Source: Octopus vulgaris (taxonomy: Eukaryota). Taken from it: a stretch of DNA of 64,000 bases. Shown here piece by piece: positions 14,011 through 26,275 of this stretch. The notes beneath the pieces were generated by a model that worked only from the letters and a program-made list of their open reading frames with translations, ran no database searches and was not told the DNA's origin. The stretch spans positions 93,558,001 through 93,622,000 of the forward strand of contig OX597821.1 in NCBI GenBank assembly GCA_951406725.2, read 5' to 3'. Each line of letters starts with the position of its first letter. The first letter of the stretch is position 1. A program made the position numbers and the translations under genes.

Positions 14011-14606
14011 CGATGAAGAGAAAAGATACCAAAATTACCAACACTTTGACTAAACTTCACAACCCAGTAACAAACTGACCACCACTTTCCCTCGCACGCA
14101 AAAAGCCTCAAGGTTCCTCTCAGCAGTCAGTGAGTCTATGCCAGTTGTAAGGGGAGAACCATAATACTGAGCAAAAAAAAAACAAGTTACTTGGAATCTG
14201 AGAAACACTGTATACACATTAGCAATTCTGCAACTGTTAAAAAGACCCCAGAATTCATCAAAGCCATAATTGCAGCTAGGGGTCAGATATTCTAAACAAA
14301 AATCTTTTAATACGTAGCATACATAACATGCAACCTTCAGATGGTAATAAATAACAGTCTTACTGTTAAAAATGAATGATGTCAGGAGAAACCAAGAGCC
14401 CATTAACAATGCATACAATAATACCCAAGTGGTAAGAGTTGAAGAGGTAAAAACATCTAAAGCATATTTGATGGATAGCAGTCCTGTGAGGGAGACTTTA
14501 TGTGATCTAGCATATATATATATATATATATATGCAACATCTAAAATCTAAAATGGGGTAAGAAAATGTGTGATTAGAAAGGGTATTTTTTTTATATATC
14601 TGACAC

Positions 14607-15042
14607 TTAATCTTTTAGCATTTGGATTATTTTGCCAAATAAAATGCTTATTAATTCACAGATGCAGCACGGATTATTATCAGTGAACAGGTCGCGGTCT
14701 TAAACCGCCGAAAATATTTTGACAAATTAAACTTAAATGTTGAAGTGAATCGAACGGCTTTTGTGTGTTTCTTAAATGGCTTACAAACACCTTCCACGCT
14801 GCAATTGTTTTCGTTTCAGCACACGATCTCAGATCAAATCACTTGCTATGCAAGTACAGCTCCGTAATTCACATTGTTTTGAATTAAATCATATGTTATC
14901 TCATAGCTCTGAGATTTTGATGATTTTGTTTTTAGAAGGACATTGTAAGGGTAGGTATGAGAGACTGGAACTGATCACTTTAAACATAAAACAAGTAGGA
15001 TATTTGGGCTGGATTTGACCAGTTTGAATGCTAAAGGGTTAA
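14607..15042. mobile_element. piggyBac-like MITE with a nested 204-bp insertion (14661-14864)
   Basis: TTAA-TCTTTTAGCATT ... AATGCTAAAGGG-TTAA termini; the insert has a 9-bp TSD TAATTCACA (14652-14660, 14865-14873). Confidence 0.7.
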
Positions 15043-15101
15043 TGGTATGGAATAGATGAAGAAAGGTGGGACAGGGGATAAGAGTTTTGTGAAATATACA
15101 A

Positions 15102-15134
<33 letters not shown>

Positions 15135-15234
15135 AAGCGTGTATAAATGAGTCAGTGTGAATGCATATGTAAGGACATAAGTGAGTATGCAAGAGCCAAT
15201 GTGAATGTGTGTAGAGAGACAATTGAAGAATCAC

Positions 15235-16715
15235 AAACTGCCCCTCCTATGCTGATGACCTTGCTCTAAAAGCTGAGTCACTACTAGAACTAGAGAAGTT
15301 TCAGGTGTAGAAGCAAGGTCTTGTGGAAGCAAGATCTAGAATCAAAGGGCCTTAGAGTCAATCTAGCAAAAACCAAAGTCTTAGTAAGTAGGAAAGCAGA
15401 CAAAATCCACATCCCCTCATGTAGATTACCTTGCTTGATCTGTAGAAAAGGTGTAGGTAGAAACTCAGTAAGATGTACTTGGTGTAAGCTATGGACAAAT
15501 AAGAGGTGGAGCAATATCAAAGGAAGGTTAACTAGGAAGATAATTTTTGTGTGTGGCAGATGCACAGGGGCAATAAACACTGAAAATGTGCAGAAAACAG
15601 ATTCCATCACATGCCAGGGGGAAAAACTAGAAGTAATTCATAGCTTCTATTACCTAGGTGACTGAGTTAGTGGCAGGCATGGATGCTCTGAGAGCATAGC
15701 TACTAGAATAAGAATAGCTTGGGTAAAGTTCAGAGAGCTCCTACATCTGCTGCTAACAAAGGGCCTCTCGCTCAAAGTGAAAGGTAGACTGTATGATACA
15801 TGTGTGTGAACAGCCATGCTACATGGCAATGAAACATGGGCTGTGACTGCTGAGGACATGTGTAGGTTTGAAAGAAATGGAGCTAGTATACTCCACTGGA
15901 TGTGTAATGTCAGTGCGCATACACAACAGAGTGTAAGCACCCTGAGAGAAAACTTGGACATAAGAAGCATCAGATGTAGTTTGCAAGAGAGACGACTATG
16001 CTGTTATGGTCATGTGATGTGTATGGATGAGGAGAGCTGCATGAAGAAATGTCACACCCTAACAGTGGAGGAAACCTGTGGGAGAGGTAGACCCAGAAAG
16101 TCCTAGGATGAGGTGGTGAAGCATGACCTTCAAATGTTGGGCCTCACAGAGACAATGACAAGTGACTGAGACCTTTAGTGATATGCTGCGCTTGAGAAGG
16201 CCCGGCAAATCAAGTGAGATCGTGGCCAATTCCAGGGTTGCATAACCAGCCCATTTAAGAGTACCCTTCAATTGTTGAGAAATTAAGAAGACCTGTTGAG
16301 TCAAGTGAAATCGTCATAGCTGATACCAATGCCACCAGACTGGCACCCATGCCGAGGGCATGTAAAAAGCACCATTCAAGCATGACCAATGCCAGTGCTG
16401 GTGGCACATAAAATGCACCATTTAAGCATGGTCAATGCCAGTGCTGCCAGACTGGTTCCCATGCCAGTGGCATGCAAAAAGCACCATTTAAGGATGGTCA
16501 ATACAGTGCTGCTTGATTGGTCCCCATGTCAGTAGCATGTAAAAAAGACCTACTACATTCTCAGAAGAGTTGGTGTTAGGAAGGGCATCCAGCTGTAGAA
16601 ACCTTACCAGATCAGATTGGAGCCTGGTGCATCCTCCTGGCTTGTCAGTCCTCAGTCAAACCGTCCAACCCATGCCAGCATGGAAAGCAGACGTTAAACC
16701 ATGATGATAATGATG
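15235..16715 (+). mobile_element. 5'-truncated RTE-clade LINE (RT C-terminal part, 3' UTR, (GAT)n tail)
   Basis: YADDLAL near 15248, ESKGLRVNLAKTK, Cys-rich CLICRKGVGRNSVRCTWC, LHGNETW, RRLCCYGHV, GRGRPRK; stops and frameshifts. 3' UTR has GTTAGGAAGGGCATCCAGCTGTAGAAA. Confidence 0.92.
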
Positions 16716-17014
16716 AGCCTATTGCACATGAATCATGATATGCAGCAATTTAAGTGTAAAACCAATGTTCAGAAACACTAAATCAGTGACAAATTGGACC
16801 AAGATATTGGAAACTTTAACTTAACCTGAAGCAGTGTATACAAACAACCCACTGTGCTTTTTTTTTTACTCCAGTTTCTGCAGTTTGAGGTTAATTGTAA
16901 GTTGGTAAGACTAGTGTAAAATACAAAACTAAATGACACACATTTTAGCCTCATCAACTTGTACTCAGAGATTCTGTAATGGTTGACTCATCTTTGATTT
17001 TCACCTCATTATAC

Positions 17015-17393
17015 TGTCTTTTACTCTTTCACTTGTTTCAGTCATTTGACTGCGGCCATGCTGGAGCATCGCCTTTAGTCGAGCAAATCGACTCCAGGAC
17101 ATATTCTTTGTAAGTCTAGTACTTATTCTATCCGTCTCCTTTTGCCGAACTGCTAAGTTACGGGCACGTAGACACACCAGCATCGGTTGTCAAGCGATGT
17201 TTGGGGGACAAACACAGACACACAAATGTATACACACACACATACATATATATACATATGCATATATACGACGGGCTTCTTTCAGTTTCCGTCTACCATA
17301 TACACTCACAAGGATATGGCCATGCAGTGGGGCTGAACCCAGAACCATGTGGTTCATAAGCAAGCTACTTACCACACTGCCTCTCCTACGCCT
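17015..17393 (-). mobile_element. Family C SINE (internally deleted)
   Basis: Reverse complement of the GTGGTAAGTAGCTTGC...GACTGAAACAAGT family. Confidence 0.9.
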
Positions 17394-17699
17394 AAAAACT
17401 TCTGTTTGGTAAAAACACATGAGATGATTAAATTTAATATACTCTTCTCAAACAAAACTTGCTGTCATCTATTTCAGAAAATCTTTTTTTATTATAGGGA
17501 CAAGGCTTGAAAATTTGCAGGAAGGAGAAGTCGATTACATTGATACCATTGTTCAACTGATGCTTATTTTAATCATACTACCAATGTAAGCCCTGGCAGG
17601 GTAGGTCCATGGATTAACTTCTAAATCTGTAAGCAGCTGCCTCGTGATTAGCTGAATGACAAATCTTGGACCTAAATTTAAATATTAATATGATCTACA

Positions 17700-18315
17700 G
17701 TTTCATGCTCAATTTGATGGTTCTTCTCAAGCACGACATAATGTCAAAGGTCTCAGTCATTGCCTCTGAGAGTCCTGACACTCAAGAGGAACTCAGCTAC
17801 TTTATTTCCATGAGACTCAACACTCAAAAGGAACTACTTGCCTCTATGAGGCCCAATGCTCAAAAGGAACTAGCTTCTATGAGGCCCAATGCTCAAAAGG
17901 TGCTCTTTACATGCCACCAGCATGAGTGCCAGTTATATGACATCAGCATTAGTCATGACTATGATTTCAATTGGTTTGATGGGTCTTCTCAAGCACAGCA
18001 TATTGTCAAAGGTCTCGGTCGCTAGTCATTACCTTTGTGAGGCTCAGAATTGGGAGATCATACTTTAACACCTCATCCCATGTCCTCCTGGATCTACCTC
18101 TTCCACAAGTTCCTTCCTTAGAGATCTGCACTTCTTTACACAGCTGTCCTTGCCCATATGCATCACATGACAATACCAGTGCAGTCGTCTCAATTGCACA
18201 CCACATCTGATGCCTCTTATGCCTAATTATTCTCTCAAAATGCTTACACTCTGTCAAACGTGCACTGACACTGCACATCCAGTAAAGCATATTGGCTTCA
18301 TTTCTTCCAAGTGTG
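17700..18315 (-). pseudogene. RTE LINE 3' remnant with a local duplication
   Basis: RNEANMLYWMC and GTCGRGRSRRTWDEV; a TCTTCTCAAGCAC...GTCAAAGGTCTC block occurs near 17716 and 17978. Confidence 0.8.
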
Positions 18316-19104
18316 TGAGATAAATTTCCACATAGTCCCATTTGCCAAATTCACTCACAAAATATTTGCCAACCTGGAGCTATGGTAGAAGACACTTGCC
18401 CAGTACATTGAGACGGAACCCAAAACCACATGGTTACAAAGTGAGCTTCTTATCCACACAGCCATGCCTCCACCTATGTTTTCATATATTTGATATGTTT
18501 ACAATTTAATAGAATAGTTATTACTACATTAAATGGTACTGTTATAAAACATAGTAAAAACATCTAGTAGTAATCTCATTACATCCAATACAGACAATAT
18601 TTACTAAGTAGTTTACTAATTATGCTAGTAAGGAGGAATAAAAACACAAAAACAACACCATACATGCAGATTATACTCTGCAGCACAACTTTACCAAGTG
18701 GCTCTACAGACAGCAGGTTTTTGTCTAATTAAACGCCCAATAGAAGTAGCTAATTAAATCAGTCTCAAAAGGTGTTAAATTTTACCAAGAACTAATATTA
18801 TCTCACAGATTGTAAAGAGAGAAAAGAAAAACCGTGCTCACACAAATAACTTAAATGGCAATAAAAAGCACAAGCCTGCAAGAAATATTTTTAAAAAATT
18901 ACAAATTAAAGAAATTAAAGAAGCAGATGCATAAATTAAAAAAAAATAAATCTAACACATAAACTTCAAAATTTTAATAAACATTTGTATTTCTTATAAG
19001 TTAGGCACATAAAATATTAAGCTTTTATAAATGTTTTGTATGGTTTTCTCTCCCCCTCTCACTCATAATGCATGAACTCACCAACACACATGCACACAAA
19101 TACA

Positions 19105-19161
<57 letters not shown>

Positions 19162-19936
19162 AATGCATATATATTTGCATATACATATGCATATATGTGT
19201 ATATATGTATATATATATATACACACATTTAAATATGTTTATATATTACATATGTATGTATTTTCGTATATTCATCATATATGTGTGTATATGATGTGTG
19301 CATATACATAAGTATATAAGTGTATATATACATGTATACATATATATGTATGTATATTTATAGTGCATGCATATATATATAATATATTATTTTTCTTCTT
19401 GATTTTGCCAGCCATCACAAATTTGTCTATGTACATGTATGTGTGTGTGTGTCTGTATGTATCTGTGTGTTTGAGTGTCTGTATGTTTGTGTGTTTGTAT
19501 GTGTTTGTGTATCTATGTGTGCAAATACAAACCTACACACATGCATGTAAATATATATATACATACTATATATATATAAATATATAAACATGCATATAAA
19601 TATATGTATATACATATAGATTATAGAGATGTATGTATGTGTGTGTATGTATATATATAGACCCACACACACACACATGCATATGTATATATATGACTAT
19701 GTGTGTGTGTGTGTGTGTGTGTGTGAGAATATTAACATTTGCATGCTTCACATGGAAAACTGCTGAGGTACAAGTAATGAAGTTTGTTGTCATTTCTCAG
19801 GCAATAAATTGTTTGCTGGTTCTGTGCTTTCAAAAACGTGTGGAATAAAAGATCCCTTACTTAAAAAAAAAAGAAGAAAAGCATTAGTGACAAGAAGGAT
19901 ATGAAGCTGTAAAATAATCCTTCAGTGATATATATT

Positions 19937-20028
19937 TGTACATTATTTACATTTGACGAGCATATGGCATAGTGGTTAAGAGCGCAGTCTACTAACCCAA
20001 AGATTCCGATTTCGATTCCAGGCAGTAA

Positions 20029-20088
<60 letters not shown>

Positions 20089-20275
20089 CATAAAAAAAAT
20101 ACCTTAGGAATGAGAACCCAGGTTCGAAATTTTCCCCAAGACACCTGATGAAGCCTGGAGGTATATCAGCCGAAACATTGTGTTAACAACAAACAAAATG
20201 AGGACAAATATCGTCAAATGTAAATAATGTAAATAATGTACATAATTCCTCATCTCTTAAATATAGAACTGTATC
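19937..20275 (+). mobile_element. Composite element: tRNA-like Pol III head + (AAT)n + hammerhead-bearing tail, with an inverted terminal segment
   Basis: A-box TGGCATAGTGG 19965-19975; B-box-like TTCGATTCC ~20011; (AAT)n 20033-20085; HHR motif 20140-20184; 19937-19959 is the reverse complement of sequence starting at 20211. Confidence 0.7.
20140..20184 (+). ncRNA. Minimal type I hammerhead ribozyme motif (slightly decayed)
   Basis: GACAC-CTGATGA-A-GCCTG(GAGGTATAT)CAGCC-GAAA-CA-TT-GTGTT. Stem I GACAC/GTGTT; one mismatch in stem II; stem III ACAT, probably ACGT originally. Confidence 0.7.
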
Positions 20276-21324
20276 ATATATATATTTGTCTAAACTAGCG
20301 GTCCATGTGGCTCTTGGGGCTGCATATAAGATTGTGTTGTTAAACCTTATCTCTAATAAATTGGTCATACTTATACAAGGCACAAAGTATTTTAACAAGT
20401 GGCTGTGTGGTAATACATATCAAGCATGGCATGATTACATCTGCAAAGACAAAAAGAGTAAGGGATTCAAAAGTTAGCTATATCTAGGGTTTAAAATGGT
20501 TTAAGTGTAAGAATAAAATTTGCATTCATCTATAAATTTTTAAGAGGGTAAGTTCTTCAATGGTGAGTTTCATAAGAAACAAAAGTTAGAAATTTTTGGT
20601 GAATTTCTTAAATGTCCATTGGTGAAATATATGTTAAACAAGGCATTATTACAACAGTCATCACCTGAGAGCTGTCCAGACTCCAATTGTCCGTTTTTGG
20701 AATGGTTTTTATGGCTGGATGCCCTTCTTAATGTCAACCGCTTTACAGAGTGTGCTGATGCTTTTTGCATGCCACCAGTACAGTGCATCTATGTGGCACT
20801 GACACAAGGGCATTTAATGTGGCATTGGCAACTGCAATATAAAGACCTCTCAGCCAGGAGAGGGAGAGGGAGCACAGTCATAAAGGACATGCCAGTATGT
20901 ATGGATGGCTGTGATTTTACTCAGCATGAAGTGTCTTCTCAAGTACAGTGAATCACCAGAAGTCCCAGCTCCTTGTCATCTCCTTGGTGAGGCTCAGTAA
21001 AGACAGAAAAGAGTAGAGGACTCCTAAGGGCTTAGATTAGCTATAAATTTCTAAGTGAGCTAGTATGTTTAACAAGTGCTAGAGCTAGTATTTAGCTTGT
21101 TTTTCCCTTATCACTTGTATTCATTGCAATGGTGAAATGAGGTTCCAAGACTTCAGAAACATGTTGAAGTAGCAAAATCTACAAAAACATCTTATCTTGT
21201 ATTTAAATATTTTCTTGGGTCTTTGATACTATTTAGTATAATATACTTATCCAAAATGCATAAATGACATTACCTTCAGTTATCTGTGTTTAATCTGCTT
21301 CACTACCATACTTCCCATTTAATG

Positions 21325-21540
21325 GTTTCAAATTTTTAGCACAGGACCAGTAATTTCAAGGGTTGGGGAGTAAGTCAATTACATTGATCTAAGTACTCAA
21401 CTGGTACTTATTTTATTGGTCCAGAAAAGATGCAGGGTAAAGTAAACTTTGGTGGAATTTTAAAACAGAGCAGAACAACAGATGAAATGCTTAGCAGCAT
21501 TTTGCCAGGTGTACCAGTGATTCTGCAAGTTCACCACCTT
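21325..21540 (-). mobile_element. Old family N SINE
   Basis: Diverged CTGGTACTTATTTTATT...GGTGGAATTT...TTCACCACCTT. Confidence 0.75.
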
Positions 21541-21699
21541 ATACTTCTCATTTATTAATTTGGTAGCTGCTGTTTACTTTCAGCTGCCATATGCAACTAG
21601 ACCCAGTACTTATTTCAGTTTGGTGTTTATTTCATCAATCCAAACATATCAAATTGCTAAGTACCCATTTGAGTTACATCACTAGTTGTACACTAGTAA

Positions 21700-22124
21700 C
21701 TCTTTTACTCTTTTACTTGTTTCAGTCATTTGACTGTGGTCATGCTGAAGCACTGCCTTGTAGTCAAGCAAATCGACCCTAGAACTTATTCTTTGTAAGC
21801 CTAGTACTTATTCTATCGGTCTCTTTTTCCAAACCGCTAAGTTACGGGGATGTAAATGCACCAGCATCGGTTGTCAAGTGATGTTGGGGGCACAAACACA
21901 GACACACAAACATATACACACACATACATATTTATATATATATATATACATACATATATACGACGGGCTTCTTTCAGTTTCCATCGACCAAATCCATTCA
22001 CAAGGCTTTGGTCAGCCTGAAACTATAGTAGAAGACACTTGCCCAAGGTGCCATGCAGTGGGACTGAACCCGGAACCATGTGGTTCATAAGCAAACTACT
22101 TACCACACAGCTACTTCTACGCCT
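21700..22124 (-). mobile_element. Family C SINE, full length
   Basis: tRNA-like head, CCTTGGGCAAGTGTCTT (CORE-like), internal (TA)/(TG) tract, (TAAAAGAG) tail. Confidence 0.92.
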
Positions 22125-23154
22125 ATAAACATAAGCACAGACATTAACAAGAACAAAAATATAAATATATGTATATACGTGTGACAGGATTCTGTACAGT
22201 TTCCTCCAACTAAATTCTATACACAAAGCATCAGTCAGCCCAAGGTTACAGAATAAGGCATTCCACAGCGTGATTGAACCTGGAACTGAATGGTTGTGAA
22301 GTAAACTTCTTAACTACATAATAATGCACACAAATACATTTACATATAGAGGCATACATACAGACACATACAGACACATACACCACACCTAAACACACCA
22401 CATACAAACAAACATGTCTATGTTAAACTGTTATTCAGTCTTCCACAAATTTGCAGGCAGGTGTCAACAAGAAAAGAAGAAATGCTTTAATCAAAAGAAG
22501 AAGGCTAAAAACTTAACACACTTCCTCTCTTTCATGTTCATTGATAGAGTCAAGTTCTTTAAAAAGTTGTCTTCAATCAGGTTTCTTTAGGGTTTCTTTA
22601 CCTCATTTTTGAATTTTATCTTTTTTATTTTATGTCTTTGATGTGAAATTATTATAGTACTTTTTTTGGTTTTTGTTTTTGTTATTGTTTTTTTTTTGTT
22701 ATTTTCTCTCCAGTTTAGAATTTTTGAGAATATATTTCATTTCTGCTTGGTTTCTTTATGACTTTATTTCATTTTGGTAGAAATATTTCGGTAATTTTGA
22801 CAGTTAAATGTCAGCTGAACTCAGTCCTTCCTCTGCTGAATTAAGTTCCAGAGTTACTCAAATTTAAATGTTTATGAATAAAAATTACACACCAGCTGCA
22901 TATGTTCCAGCTAAGTGTCTCCTGCACACCAACTAAAGTTATGAAAGAATCAGTTAATTAAGTTAGTTTAAGTAAATTATTTTTGTTATTTACAACACTT
23001 TATAAATATTTACAACAATTTTATGTGCAGTAAAAAGTGAGCTCTCATTTGTACTAACCAACCGCTATATAAAAACTGTATGAAACCAAAAAAGCTGACT
23101 GTAAGAGGCTGGTAATAAAAGTACCAAAAAAGAGCAGATAGCAACTTTTACAAG

Positions 23155-23318
23155 CACTAGCATAGCTGGGTTTGGGGTAAGGGTGGTCAACCCGGGGTGG
23201 CACTTTTAAAAGGGCAGCACTTTTGGGCCTGCTGTAGACAATATGTGTTTTTTGTTAGGTCCAGGGGCAGTAAATGGAAGGGCCACTCCAAGAAGTACAC
23301 ACTCTAGCTACACTAATG
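23155..23318. mobile_element. hAT-like MITE
   Basis: 8-bp TSD TTTACAAG (23147-23154, 23319-23326); imperfect TIRs CACTAGCATAGCTGG / CTAGCTACACTAATG. Confidence 0.8.
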
Positions 23319-23344
23319 TTTACAAGTACTATTTTTTATCCTTT

Positions 23345-23702
23345 ATTATTTCACTAGTTTTAGTCATGAGACTACGACCATGCTGGAACACCACCTTGAA
23401 GAATTTTTAGTCAAATGTATCAACCCCAATACATGGTACTTATTCTGTTGGCTTCTTTTGCTGAACTGCTAAGTTACAGGAACATAAACACACCAACACC
23501 AGTTGTCAAGCAGTGGTAGAGGATAAACACAACCACACACACAGACACACACACATATATATACGATAAGCTTCTTCCAGTTTCCAACTACCAAATCCAC
23601 TCACAAGGCTTTGGTCGGCCCAAGGTGCCATGCAATGGGACTGAACCCAGAATCATGTGGTTAGGGAAGCAAGCTTCTTACCACATGGTCATGCCTGTGC
23701 CT
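23345..23702 (-). mobile_element. Family C SINE (older)
   Basis: Homology to other family C copies. Confidence 0.85.
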
Positions 23703-23804
23703 AGGTGGTATTTGATGATATGATTATACCTTGTTTTTAAGTCACAGAACTGGATTTTTTTTATCCATTTGTTGTAGTGTCGTATTTGTTTCATATTTTC
23801 TGCA

Positions 23805-23972
23805 GGGTTTCTGGTTCAATCCCATTGACACAGACAGTGTCTCCGATTTTAGTCTCAGGCTAACCAATGCCTTGTAAGTGAATTTGATAGTTAGAAATTC
23901 TGTTTGTGTGTGTGTTTTTTGTAGAGTTTTGTGTTTATGTGTGTGTATGTATGTGTGTGTTTTGTAAGGTTT

Positions 23973-24009
<37 letters not shown>

Positions 24010-24552
24010 TTTGTAGGGTTTTGTGTGTTGGTCTGTGTGTGTGTCTGTGTGTGAATGTGTGTGCGTTTTGTAGGGTTTTGTGTGTTTGTATGTGTGTGTT
24101 TGTGTGTGTATGCGTGTTTGTGTGTGAGTGTTTTGTAATGTTTTGTGTGTTGGTGTGTGTGTGTGTGTGCGTGCGCGTGCGTTTTGTAGGGTTTTGTGTG
24201 TTTGTATGTGTGTGTTTGTGTGTGTATGCGTGTTTGTGTGTGAGTGTTTTGTAATGTTTTGTGTGTTGGTGTGTGTGTGTGCGTGCGCGTGCGTTTTGTA
24301 GGGTTTTGTGTGTTTGTATGTGTGTGTGTGTTTCTTTTGTGTTCGTCCAGCTACCGCTTCTTGAAAACTGGTCTTGGTTTATTTACATCCCCATAACTTA
24401 GCAGTTCAATAAAAGAGCATGAGAGAATAAGTACCAGATCTACAAGATTAGTAGAACTGGTGTTAGTTTGTTCGACTAAACCCTTCAAGGCAGTGCCTCA
24501 GCAAGGCTACAGCTCAATGAATGAAACATAAAAGATAAAAGATAAAAGATAA
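23805..24552 (+). mobile_element. Family C SINE with its internal (GT) tract expanded into a ~430-bp compound minisatellite
   Basis: SINE 5' part 23805-23900; TTTTGTAGGGTTTTGTGTG units 23905-24340; SINE 3' part 24345-24552. Confidence 0.8.
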
Positions 24553-25229
24553 GAACACTATTATATAAATGTACAACAACAACAAAATCATCATCATCAT
24601 CATTATCATCATCATTATATCGTTTAATATCTGTTTTCTATGCTGGCATGGTTTGGATGGTTTGACAGGAGCTAGCAAGGCTAGGAATCACACCTGGTTC
24701 CGTTACCTGTTTCGACATGGTTTCCCACAGCTGGATGTGCTCACTTTCTATCCCCAACCACTTCACAGAGTGCAGTCAGTGTTTTTTATTCATGTGGCAC
24801 CACCAACACCAGTGCTTTTAATGTAGCACCAAAATAATATACATGTTTAATTTTACAAATACTTAGCCTACTTTCTTTGAGTGAGTATAGTATACTGCTG
24901 TTAGGTCCAAAGAAAACTAAAAAAAAAAACCTAGGATAAAGGATAATCTGGTGGCAGATAAGATTTAGGAAGAAATTCAGGTGATAAAAGAATCACTAGG
25001 CAGAATTAGTCTCTGTTGGTTAGAATCTACATTGATGCTAGAAGATATTTTATTGAAAGATAACACACTGTTAAAGACACTAGAAGATGGTTTAATGTTA
25101 AAATGGGATGTTGAAGAAAAAGTGATATCTGGTAGTAGAAATTAGGTTCTGTTCACACTGAGAGATTTGAGATCAAAGATATATGCGATTAAAGAAAAAG
25201 AAACTTTTTATTAGTATGTTCTATAAACT

Positions 25230-25448
25230 ATACCTGGTGTCCGAAAATTACCTTTACAATTTGAAACATTCAGAAAAAAATTAAAAAAGCATAACTCAGG
25301 AGAGTCTATTGGAAGAAAAATAGTTTTATAACAAACATCAGAACACTTCTACATAGGCATGCAACACATTAGTTGCATGCAACACATTTAAACGATAAAA
25401 TACAATGAATTATAGAAGTTGTAAAGATAATTTATGAACACTCTGTAT
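25230..25448. mobile_element. Tc1/mariner-like MITE
   Basis: TA-CCTGGTGTCCGAAAATTACCTTTACAA / TTGTAAAGATAATTTATGAACACTCTG-TA imperfect TIRs. Confidence 0.7.
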
Positions 25449-25519
25449 CTTGTTGAAACAAAATACTAAGCACCAGAACTTCATTCCTTAGTACACTTAG
25501 ATTCTTTGACATAAGCACT

Positions 25520-25700
25520 AAGGTTCCCTCTTCCCTTACTATGCCTTAACTGTGAGGTCATTTGGGCATTCATTGATGACATTGCAACCAAAGTTTGCCA
25601 CTTGCCTTGGTCTCCGGCTATTTTCTGCAAGTCAGTAAAATTGAGGCTTGTTTACCCTTTGATGTTAACCCAGGTGACCACTGATCTGGTGTTTGGGTTC
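25520..25700 (-). pseudogene. RTE-like LINE extreme 3' remnant
   Basis: Minus strand translates as WVNIK...LQKIAGDQGKWQTL, resembling the RTE C-terminal W..A.DR..W motif. Confidence 0.5.
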
Positions 25701-25799
25701 TAGTCTGATCGTCTTCATTATGAATGCTAAGTTACAGGGACGTAAACACACCAGCAGCGGTTGTCAAGCAATATTGGGGGGACAAATACTGACACACAA

Positions 25800-25851
<52 letters not shown>

Positions 25852-25852
<1 letters not shown>

Positions 25853-26049
25853 GGTCCCGGGTTGATTCGGGGTTAACCACAGTAAGTAAGGTACTCAATA
25901 CATAGCAGAGTAAAATTAATTTATTATATAGAAGGAGCTTCTACAGGACTAGTACTGTTTCATTCAAGAGAAATCTTCAGGAAGCTTCCTGAAGATTTCT
26001 CTTGAATGAAACAGTACTAGTCCTGTAGAAGCTCCTTCTATATAATAAA

Positions 26050-26053
<4 letters not shown>
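25852..26053. mobile_element. Family H2 element with a perfect 138-bp palindrome (25916-26053)
   Basis: Centre GAAG|CTTC at 25984/25985, no loop; inserted in (TA)n. Confidence 0.9.
25981..26035 (+). ncRNA. Type I hammerhead ribozyme motif (mirror copy on minus strand, 25934-25988)
   Basis: GAAGCTTC-CTGAAGA-T-TTC(TCTT)GAA-T-GAAA-CAG(TACTAGTC)CTG-TA-GAAGCTCC. Stem I AGCTTC/GAAGCT; stem III ACAG/CTGT; GUA triplet; predicted cut after 26027. Confidence 0.72.
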
Positions 26054-26089
<36 letters not shown>

Positions 26090-26092
<3 letters not shown>

Positions 26093-26275
26093 TAATCCAA
26101 ACGGGAAAACAGAAAAAACAACAACACAAGGAGGTGGAACAATTAAAGTATTATTATTAGGCGCTCAGGAAAAAGGGAAGAAGGAGGGTATGACATTTCG
26201 AGCGGAGCTCTTCGTCAGAAACATAAGAGAAAGAAAGATCCCGAAGTGGGCGAACGGAGGGAAAAAAAACTTTGT
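26090..26275 (-). mobile_element. Family H1 element with a minimal HHR motif at 26188-26222
   Basis: Minus strand GTTT-CTGACGA-A-GAGC(TCC)GCTC-GAAA-TG-TC-ATAC; homologous to 11945-12160. Confidence 0.7.

Noticed and set aside
15252-15258. CTGATGA as a hammerhead core
   Set aside because: It is the coding sequence of the RT YADD motif, with no matching GAAA or stems.
19958-20032. Functional tRNA gene
   Set aside because: The acceptor stem does not pair, the B box is mutated and there is no oligo-T terminator; it behaves as a SINE-type head. The same applies at 51655 and 63063.
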